From an uncultured virus (IMG/VR IMGVR_UViG_3300028840_007129) (Duplodnaviria; Heunggongvirae; Uroviricota; Caudoviricetes), in the IMG/VR virus record IMGVR_UViG_3300028840_007129: 64,000 bases of DNA. The stretch is one strand, 5' to 3'. The notes below the pieces were generated by a model. That model was not told the DNA's origin and made no database searches. It was given only the letters and a program-made list of their open reading frames with translations. Of this stretch, positions 18,846 to 29,957 are shown in pieces (position 1 is the stretch's first letter; each line of letters begins with the position of its first letter). A program made the position numbers and the translations under genes.

Positions 18846-20368
18846 TTACTTATCCTTGTTGAAGGGGTTTGAGATACGACCTTTCAGGTCATCGACCTTC
18901 TTCCACCCCAGGTCCGTGAAGAGAAACTGCCCCTCCGGGCCCTTCCCATAAGGAACCTCACGATAGTAGACTGCATCCTTGGTGTAGAGGAAAAGCATCA
19001 GCACATCCATCTTGTCCTCTGCCTCTTCCAGGTTGGCAGGAAGCGGCTTCCCCTCCGTCTTGTGTGCCTTCACCATGGTCAGAGCCATCATGATATGCCC
19101 CGTGCCTTCCTTCTCAACCAATGACTTGAGAAAGACCGGGATAAGCTCCCGGTCCTCCTCGTCCTCTACCGTGAAGGTCTGGGGCTCAACCTTGTCCCCT
19201 TCCTCATCGGAATAGAACCTGAAAACCACCGGCTGAAGATGCCCATCCCGGTTCATCATGGTGTAGCACTGACCAAGAATACCGTTACTGAGTTCCTGCA
19301 CTTCATCAATGGTTCTCATCATTCCTCCCATACTGCTTTCGCAGAGTTCATACGACGTGTATTTGTCTTGAGCTCGTTAAGCTTCTCATTCATAAGTGCT
19401 TCGAAGGCACAGGTACCATTGCTCTTCGTGAACAGATAGTTGCTGCCCAGGGTCTCGATGGTAGTACTGGCAAAGCTTATCAGCTTCTCCACCTGCTTCT
19501 CATCGATCTCCTTACGAATGAAAGATATCACCACTGACCGGGGAAGAAAAGCATTCGACATCAGGTAGTTTACCATGCTGGCATCGTCCGAATCCGGGTC
19601 GATACCATTCTCGGCGATACACAAAGACGCACTCTGAATGAAGTCCTTCTCCAGACAGCGCTTCACCACCTTCGCCCGATTCACCGTCTCCTGAGCCGTC
19701 AGACCAGCACCCGCAAGCTCCCTGGCACACTTCTCGGTCAGACCAAACTTGCGAATCTTCGCCTCAAGCTCGTTGCGAAGCTCCCGCTCCGTCGAACGCT
19801 TGCGAAGCTGCTCTATCTCATCGGAGATAACCGAAAGGTCCGCCGTGAACTCCGGATAGTACTTCCGGATGGTATTCACGAAGACGCCCTTCTGAAGACC
19901 CCGAAGATTGCCCAACTGAAGCTCCAGATAATTCAGGAACGCAGGATTGAAAGAACCACCCTTGTAGACATCAGGTGCCCACCGAAGGTCCGCATCCACC
20001 ACATAACCCTTGCTCCAGTCCTCATGCCACTGCCGATACGTGTCGTTCTCCTCTTCACCAGCATAGGCCTCAGGACTCTCAATGAACCGGGCCGTGTACT
20101 GAATCAGCGGGTCACTCTCATCCTGACGGAAGCCCAGCGTACGAAGCTCACGGGCCTCTATCTTCTTACGGGACGACGCGAACTCCTCCCGCTCAATCTG
20201 CTCACGACTCATCGTGAGATACCGAAGAGGAGAGAACAAGGCCTTGAAGAAGACCGAAATCAGATGGACCAGGCTGCAGGTGATGATAACCGCAAACATG
20301 TCCGAACGAAGCTGCTCACCCGCAGTCTTGCGGGGAACACTATTGCGAGAAAGAGAACCGTACTTCAT
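18846..20368 (-). CDS. Two hypothetical genes downstream of ftsK (18846-19331; 19319-20368 with an N-terminal TM segment)
   Basis: Long co-oriented ORFs with SD sites. Confidence 0.7.
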
Positions 20369-20530
20369 TCCGGACTCCCCGTGAAGATGATTTTCATGAT
20401 GGGAACAAAAATAGCTTCCTTATCGAATACCCAGCGAAGGAAGAGCTCACAGCCGTACAGACCGACTGTGAGCACCCCCAGCATCACGAAGCCATAAACC
20501 AGAGCAAAGACCTTCTTGGGATGCATGTGC

Positions 20531-21721
20531 TTACCCCCGTACCGCAGTGGTCACGGACAGAATCTCCTTGTCACTGACCCAGGCCCCGTGGAACCGCTCA
20601 GGCTCAGAAGACTCCGGATTCAGGAAGAGCATGTCCCCCTTACCCAGAAGCTTCTCAGCGCCATTGCAGTCGAGGATCACCCCCGAATCAACCTTGGAGC
20701 TGACCCGGAAGGCGATCCTCGATGGCATGTTCGACTTGATAAGTCCCGTGATAACCTTCACAACCGGCTTCTGTGTGGCCAGTATAAGATGAATACCAAC
20801 CGCACGAGCCAGTTGTGCCAGCCTCACGATACAAGCCTCCAACTCCTTACCCGAAGTCATCATCAGGTCCGCCATCTCATCCACCACCGTCACAATGTAC
20901 GGCATCTTCTCCGTGGACACCTCATTGTAACTGTTGATGTTACGCACCTGACGAGAAGCCAGAACCCTGTACCGACGCTCCATCTCCTTCACCAGACCCT
21001 GAAAGACCTCCAGAGCATCCTCAGGCTCGGTAACGATGTGTCCCCGAAGATGGGGAATGTTCTTGTAGAAGGACATCTCCACCCGTTTGGGGTCCACCAG
21101 AACCAGCTGACACTCCTGAGGAGTCTTGGTATAGATGAGCGATAGAATCATAGCATTGATGGCCACCGACTTCCCAGACCCCGTCTGGCCCGCAATAAGA
21201 AGGTGAGGCATCTTGGTAAGGTCAAAGACGGCCGGTTCCCCTACCGTGTCCGTTCCAATGGCCAGAGGAAGCTCATAGGAGCTCTCACGGGCCTTCTGGA
21301 TAACCGAACGCAGCCCGATGGTGGCCGCTGACTCATTGGCCACCTCGATGCCCACCAGAGCCGTGCCCGGAATCGGAGCCTGAATACGAACCTTGTCGGA
21401 CATCAGGGCTATGGCAAGGTCTTCCGAAACCTTCCGGACCTGAGCCAGACGAACCCCACTGGCCAGTCGGACCTCGTACCGGGTGATGACCGGACCCTTG
21501 CGAACGCGCTCCACCGTGCCCTCGAACCCGAACTCACGCAGCTTGGACTCCAGCACCTCGGCCTGGATGGAACTGCCCGTGGTCTCGGTGGGGTGGTTCT
21601 GGAGCAGGTCCAGAGAGGGCTCGTGATACTTGCCAGAAAGAATAGACATATCACCGAACTCTTCGTGCAGGAGTCGATTCACCGCAGCAATCTTCTGCTG
21701 GAGAGTCTCAATGTTCGACAT
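20531..21721 (-). CDS. ftsK: FtsK/SpoIIIE DNA translocase, motor domains only
   Basis: GPVITRYE, RIQAPIPG, MPHLLIAGQTGSGKS, VDPKRVE, VVDEMADLMM, LATQKP and GAEKLLGKGDMLF motifs. Confidence 0.93.
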   Translation of the reverse strand: MSNIETLQQKIAAVNRLLHEEFGDMSILSGKYHEPSLDLLQNHPTETTGSSIQAEVLESKLREFGFEGTVERVRKGPVITRYEVRLASGVRLAQVRKVSEDLAIALMSDKVRIQAPIPGTALVGIEVANESAATIGLRSVIQKARESSYELPLAIGTDTVGEPAVFDLTKMPHLLIAGQTGSGKSVAINAMILSLIYTKTPQECQLVLVDPKRVEMSFYKNIPHLRGHIVTEPEDALEVFQGLVKEMERRYRVLASRQVRNINSYNEVSTEKMPYIVTVVDEMADLMMTSGKELEACIVRLAQLARAVGIHLILATQKPVVKVITGLIKSNMPSRIAFRVSSKVDSGVILDCNGAEKLLGKGDMLFLNPESSEPERFHGAWVSDKEILSVTTAVRG

Positions 21722-21740
21722 GGTTATACCTCCTGACTAG

Positions 21741-21769
21741 AGTATACACAAAAATCGAGGCAATGTAAA
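21741..21769 (-). promoter_or_regulatory. Sigma70-type promoter for ftsK
   Basis: TTTACA-17 nt-TATACT, followed by an AGGAGGT SD. Confidence 0.75.
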
Positions 21770-21817
21770 GAACAAAGTGAAAGAAAATAATAAACTTTTA
21801 ATAAAGGTTGGGGTGGC

Positions 21818-22081
21818 ATGGAAACTATACAAGGTCATATCAGAGACATAGCGGCGTCGATGGTCCGTGAGGCGGACTTTCTGAACAATGTGAAACAGAC
21901 TTGGGAAGCTGTGAACGGGGACTTCAACAAGTTCGTTAACAGTTTCAGACCCATACTTGAGAATATCAAGAAGATGGGAGAACGTTACGTTTCACTCAAG
22001 GATATCATGAACGCCGTTCGTGAAGGTACGGGTGGAAGTGTAGTTATTACACCTACACTGGACCTTAAACGGGCCAGATAG
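21818..22081 (+). CDS. Hypothetical protein (plus-strand island)
   Basis: 87 aa; divergent from ftsK after an AT-rich spacer. Confidence 0.6.
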   Translation: METIQGHIRDIAASMVREADFLNNVKQTWEAVNGDFNKFVNSFRPILENIKKMGERYVSLKDIMNAVREGTGGSVVITPTLDLKRAR

Positions 22082-22547
22082 ATCCGTACGCCTTCATGAG
22101 TCGACCGGACCAGGGCAGAAGTTTGAAGAGGTCCTCTGCTTCTTTTCTGGTCATATCGAATCTGATGCTCTTATATAAACGCTTGACGACATCAGGACAG
22201 AAGGCGTTTCTATCCATGTGCTCAGAGGTTGATACCCAGGTCATGTTCCTGGAAAGATAGTACAGCAACCAATAGGTGGGATATGCGTTGTGGGCCAGCT
22301 GGATCCAATTGATGAGTATAAGTACTCGGGTCCAACAAAAAGATATCCAGGTGACCCTGATACTCAGAAACACACGCAGCCACACAGCCACCATCTTCTG
22401 ATAGAAAAGCTCGTGGGTGTAAGAATCAAATAGAGCAGTCACCGCACCCTTAACATTAAGGGTACACAAAGCAAACAGAAACGACTTTATAACAAGAGAC
22501 ATATATAACCTCCCACTTATTATACGGCAAGGAGACGACAAATGCAA
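22065..22547 (-). CDS. Hypothetical hydrophobic protein
   Basis: ORF track entry; a GGGAGG SD precedes the internal MSLVIK start. Confidence 0.5.
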   Translation of the reverse strand: MHLSSPCRIISGRLYMSLVIKSFLFALCTLNVKGAVTALFDSYTHELFYQKMVAVWLRVFLSIRVTWISFCWTRVLILINWIQLAHNAYPTYWLLYYLSRNMTWVSTSEHMDRNAFCPDVVKRLYKSIRFDMTRKEAEDLFKLLPWSGRLMKAYGSIWPV

Positions 22548-23072
22548 GTATCAATAGCCGATGTACTTAGGATGGCAGCTGATAAGCCCGAGTTTCCATT
22601 CAGCAAGACCCTGTCTCCGTTGCTTACTGAGATTGGGAAGAGGAAGTGGCAGGTCTATAAGGATGACCCTGAGGGAATAAGAGAGAAGGCCAGTGAAGCC
22701 ATAAAGCCTTTAATAGGCCATGGCATTTCACAGGATGCAGCTGATAAGTTCCTGAAGGCTATCGAGGACGCTCCCAATGCTAAGGAAATTCTAAAGGTAA
22801 TCGGTAACTATGCCTTAGCAGGTGCCGGTTTGAAGGTTATCAAAGCAGCAGATAAGAAGCTGACGATAACCATCGACCTGAGCAACGATGCGTTTCAGGA
22901 GGATATGAACGCCGAACTGGCAAGAATATTTCTGGATCTTTCGAAAGACTATCAGTTCGCCAGGAGACCTAAGATCATTAAGGACTCCAACGGAAAGAAA
23001 ATAGGCGAGATAAAACTCACGCAACGCGTGCAAGACCTTCCGAATCCCGTTCGGGTCGTCGATGAACGCTGA
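22542..23072 (+). CDS. Hypothetical protein (plus-strand island)
   Basis: AAGGAG SD; 176 aa. Confidence 0.7.
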   Translation: MQVSIADVLRMAADKPEFPFSKTLSPLLTEIGKRKWQVYKDDPEGIREKASEAIKPLIGHGISQDAADKFLKAIEDAPNAKEILKVIGNYALAGAGLKVIKAADKKLTITIDLSNDAFQEDMNAELARIFLDLSKDYQFARRPKIIKDSNGKKIGEIKLTQRVQDLPNPVRVVDER

Positions 23073-23344
23073 ACTGGCAAGGATATTTCTTAATCGAAAC
23101 AAGGTAGGCGAAATAAACTAATCAGGTATGGTCCATGTTCCACTGGCGCTTATATGCCTCGGACTTGGACCATATCCATTCTCTGGCCGCTTCGTGCGTG
23201 TCGTCACGGCCCTCTTGCTCCATGAACCTGAGTATCTCGGAGGCTTCATCCCGGAGGAACTCGGCAAAACGCTCGTCACCATCCATGACCAACCTCCTTC
23301 GCTAAACGAACCATGCGAAGGCTTGGCATTAGGAGAATATTAAA

Positions 23345-24448
23345 ATGAAGATTTACGTGGACATGGATGGGGTACTGACGAATTTTGAGGATGCCGTCCG
23401 TGACCTCGGTCAGGGCCAGGGACTCAAACAAGATGCCACCGAAGAGGAAAAGAACCAGATGTACCGGGCCATCGATAAAGCCGGTGTAACCTTCTGGGAA
23501 AATATGAAGTGGGCCCCCGATGGTAAGAAACTCTGGAATGCCCTCAAGAAGTACAACCCCGTACTCCTATCTTCACCGGCCCAGTTCAGAGGAGCGCCAT
23601 CAGGTAAACTTACCTGGGTAAATCGAGAGATACCAGGAACATCCCTGTTCTTGGAGGATCAGAAGAGTTTCTATGCCGATAGCGATGCCATCCTTATCGA
23701 TGACATGCTCAAGAATGTATCAGCTTGGAGAGAATGTGGCGGCGTCGGCATCCACCACAAGGATGCCGACACCACCCTCGCCGAACTAAAAGAGATACTC
23801 GACCAGCCCCGATACATGACCGTGAGTCATGCTATCAGAGCGGTAGCAGCGAAAGTTTCCATCCTTGAAGCAATGAAGAAGATACTCAGCACCCCCCAAT
23901 GGGAAAAGTGGGTGCATGAGTACTTCAGGAAGAAGGAACAGAAACAGGCTGCAAGTTGGATGAAGCTGCCGGTGATGCTGGCTATCATGACCGTGGCCCA
24001 AGCTACCGGAGCAACCACACCTGAACAGGTCATAGACTACGTGAAATCAAAACAGACTCAGGTCCAGAAAGATGTGAAACCTTCACAGCAAGACCTGAAA
24101 CAACTTGAGGATGCCATCCCCTTTCTTGTTGAGCAAAGTGAACTTAACAAGCTCAAGACTCCCTGGCTAGTGCCGTATCGCCTCTTTAAAGGCATGCTTG
24201 GTATAAAGTTGGATAAAGGTTTGGAAACACTCTTGCCCTTTATGGATAAACACCCCGCATTCTCGGTGCTGAACACTGAAAACAAAGCACGGTATATCTC
24301 AGATGCCTTCATAAACAAATTGAAAAATCCTAAGTACTCCCAGGAAAAAGGAATACTCGGAGATTACCTGAAATCAAAAGAAGAATCTTTTGACAGCCTG
24401 GGGGACTATGTGGAGAACTATCTGAAGAAGAAGGCTCTGAGTGCTTAA
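23345..24448 (+). CDS. HAD-family 5'(3')-deoxyribonucleotidase-like domain fused to an unknown C-terminal region
   Basis: IYVDMDGVL motif I, LLSSP, GKLTW and ILIDD..KN...W...GG.GI; about 200 extra residues follow. Confidence 0.82.
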   Translation: MKIYVDMDGVLTNFEDAVRDLGQGQGLKQDATEEEKNQMYRAIDKAGVTFWENMKWAPDGKKLWNALKKYNPVLLSSPAQFRGAPSGKLTWVNREIPGTSLFLEDQKSFYADSDAILIDDMLKNVSAWRECGGVGIHHKDADTTLAELKEILDQPRYMTVSHAIRAVAAKVSILEAMKKILSTPQWEKWVHEYFRKKEQKQAASWMKLPVMLAIMTVAQATGATTPEQVIDYVKSKQTQVQKDVKPSQQDLKQLEDAIPFLVEQSELNKLKTPWLVPYRLFKGMLGIKLDKGLETLLPFMDKHPAFSVLNTENKARYISDAFINKLKNPKYSQEKGILGDYLKSKEESFDSLGDYVENYLKKKALSA

Positions 24449-24870
24449 AGAGAATCGGAACTGTCGCACTCGTATCGCTGGATGTAATGCCACGTGGGCA
24501 TATAGGCCACAAGCTCATCCCTGAACAGTCCGTAACAGACATCATCACGTATCCCCAAATACCCGGCGATGATGTCTATCTCCTCGAAGGACGGAACATA
24601 CCTCAGATAAAAAAGAGCACTCAGCTCCTTCAGACATTCATCGACATACACCTGGGTGAATCGCCAGTGCCGGAATCCAGGCCGCAGGATATGCGCCTTC
24701 AAACTATCGAGAGTCATACAACCATCGATGGTTCTATAAACACCTCCTGTATCAGATACGATGAAGTAGCAGGAATCATTGGCCTTAGAGAGTGAGGAGT
24801 CCAGTATGGGACCGGATAAACTATCCAGCCCATCCATGGCCCCCATTAGCATCAACAAAAGAACAATCAT
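24445..24870 (-). CDS. Hypothetical exported protein
   Basis: Hydrophobic N-terminus; AGGAG SD. Confidence 0.55.
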   Translation of the reverse strand: MIVLLLMLMGAMDGLDSLSGPILDSSLSKANDSCYFIVSDTGGVYRTIDGCMTLDSLKAHILRPGFRHWRFTQVYVDECLKELSALFYLRYVPSFEEIDIIAGYLGIRDDVCYGLFRDELVAYMPTWHYIQRYECDSSDSL

Positions 24871-24907
24871 GGATCACTCCTGAAGTTTTGCAGAGAGTAC
24901 CGATGAC

Positions 24908-25366
24908 TCACTCCCCCTTAAGTCCGTAGCGCTCCATACGCTCATAGACCGCCTGTGAGCTTATTCCCAACACCTGAGCCACCCGATAGCCGTTGCCGTG
25001 CTTCTTGAGCAGCCTACCCATCCAGGCCACCTTCTTACCGGCACTCTCAGGCTCTCCCGGCAGAAGCTTACGCTTGGGAAGCACCACCCCATGAGTCTGA
25101 AGCTTCTGACGAACCGCCGAAGGACTACGACCCCACCGATTGGCCAGTTCCGCAACTGACCCCGCCTCCTTGAGCTCCTTCCGGTAGAAACGCTTGCGAA
25201 GGGCCATGTCCTCAGGCTCACCCTTCATCCGCTTATACCCCTGGGGGGTCAAGCCCTGACGTTTCATCTGCTCATAGAAACTCTGGGGCGATATGACCAT
25301 CGCCTTCGCCGCCCGATAGGCACTGCCATGCTCGGAAATGAGCTTCTTAAGCTCTTCCTTCTTCAT
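24908..25366 (-). CDS. Triple Fis-type HTH DNA-binding protein
   Basis: Three repeats: HGSAYRAAKAMVISPQSFY, AGSVAELANRWGRSPSAVR and HGNGYRVAQVLGISSQAVY. Confidence 0.75.
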   Translation of the reverse strand: MKKEELKKLISEHGSAYRAAKAMVISPQSFYEQMKRQGLTPQGYKRMKGEPEDMALRKRFYRKELKEAGSVAELANRWGRSPSAVRQKLQTHGVVLPKRKLLPGEPESAGKKVAWMGRLLKKHGNGYRVAQVLGISSQAVYERMERYGLKGE

Positions 25367-25512
25367 ATGTACCTCTCAGGTGATGGCCATCAAAATAAAG
25401 ATGGCTGCATCGATGATGAGAAAAGAGAGAAAAAGAACGGTAAACAAAAGAGGCATCTTCGAAAGAAGGTAGCTGGTCATGTCATCACCTGAACTCATCC
25501 GGGTCAAACAGG

Positions 25513-26828
25513 TTACTTCTTGATGACCGGACCCTGGTCCTTGGCCCAGAGCATCAAATCCTCCACCGTGTACCATCCGAAGTTATGCTCGGACTGCTGC
25601 ATGGGATTGAGCCAGTACACGACCGGATACTTGGACTGACTCTTCATGTCGTCGGAAATCCAATGGGGCGATAATGCGAAAAAAGTCTTCTTGGCTTCCT
25701 TCAGCACCTCCCGTATCCCCGTGGCCATGTCCGCTTCCTTCAGCCTCTGAGAGTCCCAGTCCAGGTCGTATGCCTGTTGTGCCATGTCAGCAGGTATACG
25801 GGAAGCGATAAGGATGTGCAGACCGGCATTCTGGAAGACTCCCCTGCCACCAAGAAATATCAGAGCATCCAAAGTTATGATGGCGTCGTGGAGCTCCTTC
25901 AGAAACTTACCCTGCCTGGTTACGATACCGAAAGACCCCTCGTCCCAGGCCGTACCCAGGTCGTCCTTCTCATTGTAATGGACATCGTCGGGAACATAGA
26001 GGGGGCCCAATCGCTCGGCAGCATAGCGATACCCCGGCTCATAGATAAGACAGAAGAGCTTGTACTTGCTGCGGTAGTCGAAGAACCGAAGGTACTCAGG
26101 CACCCGACGAATACGCCTTCTCTCGATACCTAGCAGGGGCTTGCCCGACTCATCCTCAGAGACTATACTGAAAGTGTCTCGAAGCTGTTTGATACCCCAC
26201 TCATGCTCAGCACAGAAATCGGCACCCAGGTTAATGCCGATGAACCGATCCCCATCCATCACGAACCCATTCTGGTAACCTGATCTCATGCTACATCTCC
26301 TTTGATGACCTCACGCAGTCGCCGTATCGAATCGACGGCGAGTACTCCGTAGGGACGTTCGTGCTGATACCATTCTACCCACATACTCTCTGGCTCCAAC
26401 ATATCGGGATACCCGAACTGAGCGGCCCAGGACTTGGAGGCTTCCAAGAACGCATTGATTTGAGTGGCCCAGGACTTGGAGACTGACAGAGGTTGAAAGA
26501 AATCGCTGCCACCCCATCCATCGTTTGAAACATGGATGATGGGTGTGCCGTCCAGACAGATTTTGGCCTCGAAGGTTCTGGTATCACCGTGTCCATGGAT
26601 CTCCTTGTACCCTATGATACTATAGTGATCCATGGGGGAAGGGTCATCCTTGGGAAGTGAACTTGTGGCATGCTTGAAGAGAACCGAGGGCCCCGAGTAC
26701 TCCATATCCAGACAGCCATCTGCCAAGACGGACACCTTTTTGGAACCGCCACGCACCACTGTACCGACCTTGACGCCATCGGGTGTATTAAACATCACAC
26801 GGTCGCCCTTTTTGTATTCTGACCTCAT
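25513..26828 (-). CDS. Two hypothetical phage genes (25513-26289, 26286-26828)
   Basis: ATGA overlap; the second has an SH3/KOW-like N-terminus and an SNDGWGG motif. Confidence 0.7.
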
Positions 26829-27071
26829 GCTATATCCTTTCTGGAATAGCGCCTAACAACCCTCGTCAGGTGAAAATAGCCCAAAGAATGTAGATACCGA
26901 AGACTATGATTAGACCCGTGATAAGATTTGAGATGTCACAGAGAAGAGCAAAGGCTAATTTAAGAAGATTCCATGCAACCATCAGACCGATTGGGATACC
27001 GATAAGGATGACAAGAAGCCATAGTAACCACATAATAAATCCCCCGTGTTAGGAAGCTTCGTAGATAAGGC

Positions 27072-28028
27072 CTACTCCTTGGACAACTCCAAAAGCTCCT
27101 GAGCCACCTGCTCATCATCGATATACCACCCGATGGCTCCTGCCCCTCCCGTCCGTACGTTGTTACGGGACCAATCATCCCCGTCCATACCGTTGTTCTG
27201 ACAGTACCACACCCGACCACCATCCACCACAAACCAATCCCCCGAACCATACAGATTCTGGGTGTCAAAAAGCCGCGTCCCCGTAACCTCGTTATCCCCC
27301 TCAGGACGCACACCCTGTTCCTGTATCTGCCGGGAGATAGCCCGACAACGACCCTGGATGGCCTTGATACGCTCCAGACGCTCCTCCCGCCTCTTCAGCG
27401 GTAACGCCTCCTCCTCTGTCGCCTCCCGACACAAAGCCCAATACGTATACCCACTCTCATCCCCCACCCCGAATGACATGCCCTCCTCCCGATAGTACCG
27501 GGATCCAGCCTTGCCTACATACAGGTACGAAGGCATACCCTCCCTCGTGCAACGAACCACCTCCCCTTCCTTCCACCCATGATACCCATACCCACTACCA
27601 CCAGACAGACGGTACGGATACGCTGCCGCCAACTCCTCTTGCTCCCGCTTCCTCTCCTGCTGTACCTCTCCAGCCTTCTTGCAGTCCACATGAACCATGT
27701 CCCGATGCTCACCCCTGTACCGGTAATGGACGGTCTGACCCTTGAGTATAGGCCCACTACAGGCCGCACAGATACCCTTGTTGTAGTCAGGTATGAAAGC
27801 CTGACCAAAAGATACCGGTATCACATCCGCCTTTGAACAATCCAAATGACACAACTTGCGATCTCCCTTACCACCAGGACCATACTTGTACCGGACACTC
27901 TGACCCTTCACGATCGCCTTGCCACAGCCCCCACACTGACCCGACTTACTCGCCGTGAATGACACCCCATACCCGTCACTCATAACCATTACCCCCGTAT
28001 CACTATATCCGAATATCGCTTGAACCAA
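27072..28028 (-). CDS. Protein with two tandem CxxC...HxxC Zn fingers
   Basis: GQCGGCGKAIVKGQSVRY...HLDC and GICAACSGPILKGQTVHY...HVDC. Confidence 0.7.
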   Translation of the reverse strand: MVQAIFGYSDTGVMVMSDGYGVSFTASKSGQCGGCGKAIVKGQSVRYKYGPGGKGDRKLCHLDCSKADVIPVSFGQAFIPDYNKGICAACSGPILKGQTVHYRYRGEHRDMVHVDCKKAGEVQQERKREQEELAAAYPYRLSGGSGYGYHGWKEGEVVRCTREGMPSYLYVGKAGSRYYREEGMSFGVGDESGYTYWALCREATEEEALPLKRREERLERIKAIQGRCRAISRQIQEQGVRPEGDNEVTGTRLFDTQNLYGSGDWFVVDGGRVWYCQNNGMDGDDWSRNNVRTGGAGAIGWYIDDEQVAQELLELSKE

Positions 28029-29036
28029 CCATCGATATCCCCATCAGTAACAGCCAGAAACGTAACCTCCCCAGTCTCATAGTCATAGCTGCTACCAGAT
28101 ACCCCAATGTCCTGATACCGATGCCTCATGGACAAAGACTCGAACGTTGCGTAGCGCATCAACCCCGGCCCTACCTTCAGCCGATAGATCCGGTCACCCC
28201 CATGAACCGTGACCGGTATGGGCCGCTGCTCCTGAATGGCCCAGCAACGCTCCTTGTCCCCCCAGGGTCCGAAATGCTTCTTGAGGTCAGCCATGAACTC
28301 GGTCATCAACACCCCCGAAAATATTCGAAGTGACTCTTGAAATCTCCCATACCCTTGATGCCCTCAAGAAATTACCCCTCCAATGCCTCTTCCAACGTAT
28401 CGTAATGACCCCCATCACTACTCACCCATACCTCATGTACCTTCATAACTGAATCCCGGTCACTACGTATTCCCCGCCTGATTATCCGATCCCCTCGTCG
28501 AAACCTCAACGAATCCCCAAAACTATCCCCGTACTCTATCGTATACCCCAACTCCCGAGCCTTCCCACGTAACCGTATGTCCTCCCGTATGTGCCTGTCC
28601 CCATATCGAGAAACATAAAACTCAACCGCCTTATCAAACTCCACCTCTGTAATCACAGCTTACCCCGACACTTCCTACACGTTATAGGACCATCAAAATC
28701 ATTGTGCGTTATGTAATACCCCTCACCATTCAAGGAAAGACCACATAACGTACTGCTCCCATCATGCGACCCATGGTACGAACCAAACAACGAAAGAGAC
28801 CCCTTATCAGGTCCCGTACACCTACGAACAGAATACCGTACCCCATTAGCCTCCCTGGGATACTCCACCTGACTCCACTCACCACGTAACCGATGAACCT
28901 CCCGTACCACCCCGTCCGTGAACGTCACAAACCCCTTACGGTCCACATGACACACCCGTGCCACATTACTCGTGTTGCGACTCCGATACCAGTAAAACCC
29001 CTCCCCATTCGGCCTCTGCTTACCCCATACCCCCAT
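27989..29036 (-). CDS. Three hypothetical genes (27989-28312, 28372-28656, 28653-29036)
   Basis: Co-oriented; the first has a GGGAGGT SD. Confidence 0.6.
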
Positions 29037-29057
29037 CTCATACCTCCCCTTATATCC

Positions 29058-29093
29058 AAACGGAATTGTAAACGGAATTGTAAACGGAATTGT
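29058..29093. repeat. Perfect 12-bp tandem repeat x3 (AAACGGAATTGT)
   Basis: Copies at 29058, 29070 and 29082. Confidence 0.95.
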
Positions 29094-29588
29094 CCAAATA
29101 ATGTCCGTTATGACCCAACAAATATATCAGAATGGATGCAGCTAGGGTCTATCTCTAATTATACAGGGGAATTACAGAAAAATATCAGACTTTATTTATC
29201 CAGACCCTAATAACTATCATTCACTTAAACCCCCATTGCAAATCTATATTCAAAGTAAGAGTCTGGGAATCAAACGATGAAGATGTACAGTATAAATGCG
29301 ATACCTGTGGGTATACCTTCTGGGTTAAAGGGTCCACCAGGACAGGATATCAGAACACGACCAGTTTCATGAAGGATAGCCCCTGAGGAAGATGTATGGG
29401 TAGAGTGGGATGGATAAGGAATGGGGATGGATATGTGAGAAAACAGATAGGAACTAGGACCAGGACCGGGACATCCAAGGGATTTATAGTCAACTCCGAT
29501 CCGGTTCCTGGTTCCAGCCCTGCTCCGTTTGATAATCTTTTATCCCATTCTTCCAATGGAGGGGCTGTTTTAATCCCTGCATCCTTAT

Positions 29589-29783
29589 GAAAGATTATTA
29601 GGGATTCCTCTTGAAAGATTATTAAATCCAGTTCCGGTTCAGAGTTCCTGGATAATCTCATCCCGACTGAATCGGTTCAGAGCTCCTGATAATCCAGACT
29701 GAATCCCGGTTTCAGAGTTCCTAGATAATCTCATTCCCGGTTCTGGGGTCTGGTTCCGTTTTCTGGATTATTCATTCCCGAGT
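29589..29783. repeat. Degenerate iteron-like direct repeats
   Basis: GAAAGATTATTA x2, then CGGTTCAGAG(T/C)TCCT(G)GATAATC-type units x3 plus a decayed fourth. Confidence 0.75.
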
Positions 29784-29829
29784 CTGGAAATAGGGCTGGA
29801 AATCGAGGAGGGTACCCCTCCAAAGGGCC

Positions 29830-29861
29830 TACTTAGTACTTTGGATGGAGAATACTAAGTA
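29830..29861. promoter_or_regulatory. Paired TACTWAGTA palindromes, copy 1
   Basis: TACTTAGTA at 29830 and TACTAAGTA at 29853, 23 bp apart. Confidence 0.65.
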
Positions 29862-29882
29862 CTTATTGAAGAACATGGGGAG

Positions 29883-29950
29883 AAATAAAGGAAAGGGCCA
29901 CTTTCCCGGTGTCTGGTTTCCATCCGGACAGTGGGAGAAGTGGCCCTTTC
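29883..29950 (-). terminator. Intrinsic terminator after parB
   Basis: GAAAGGGCCACTT...AAGTGGCCCTTTC stem followed by a T-rich tract on the minus strand. Confidence 0.7.
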
Positions 29951-29957
29951 GTGGGGC

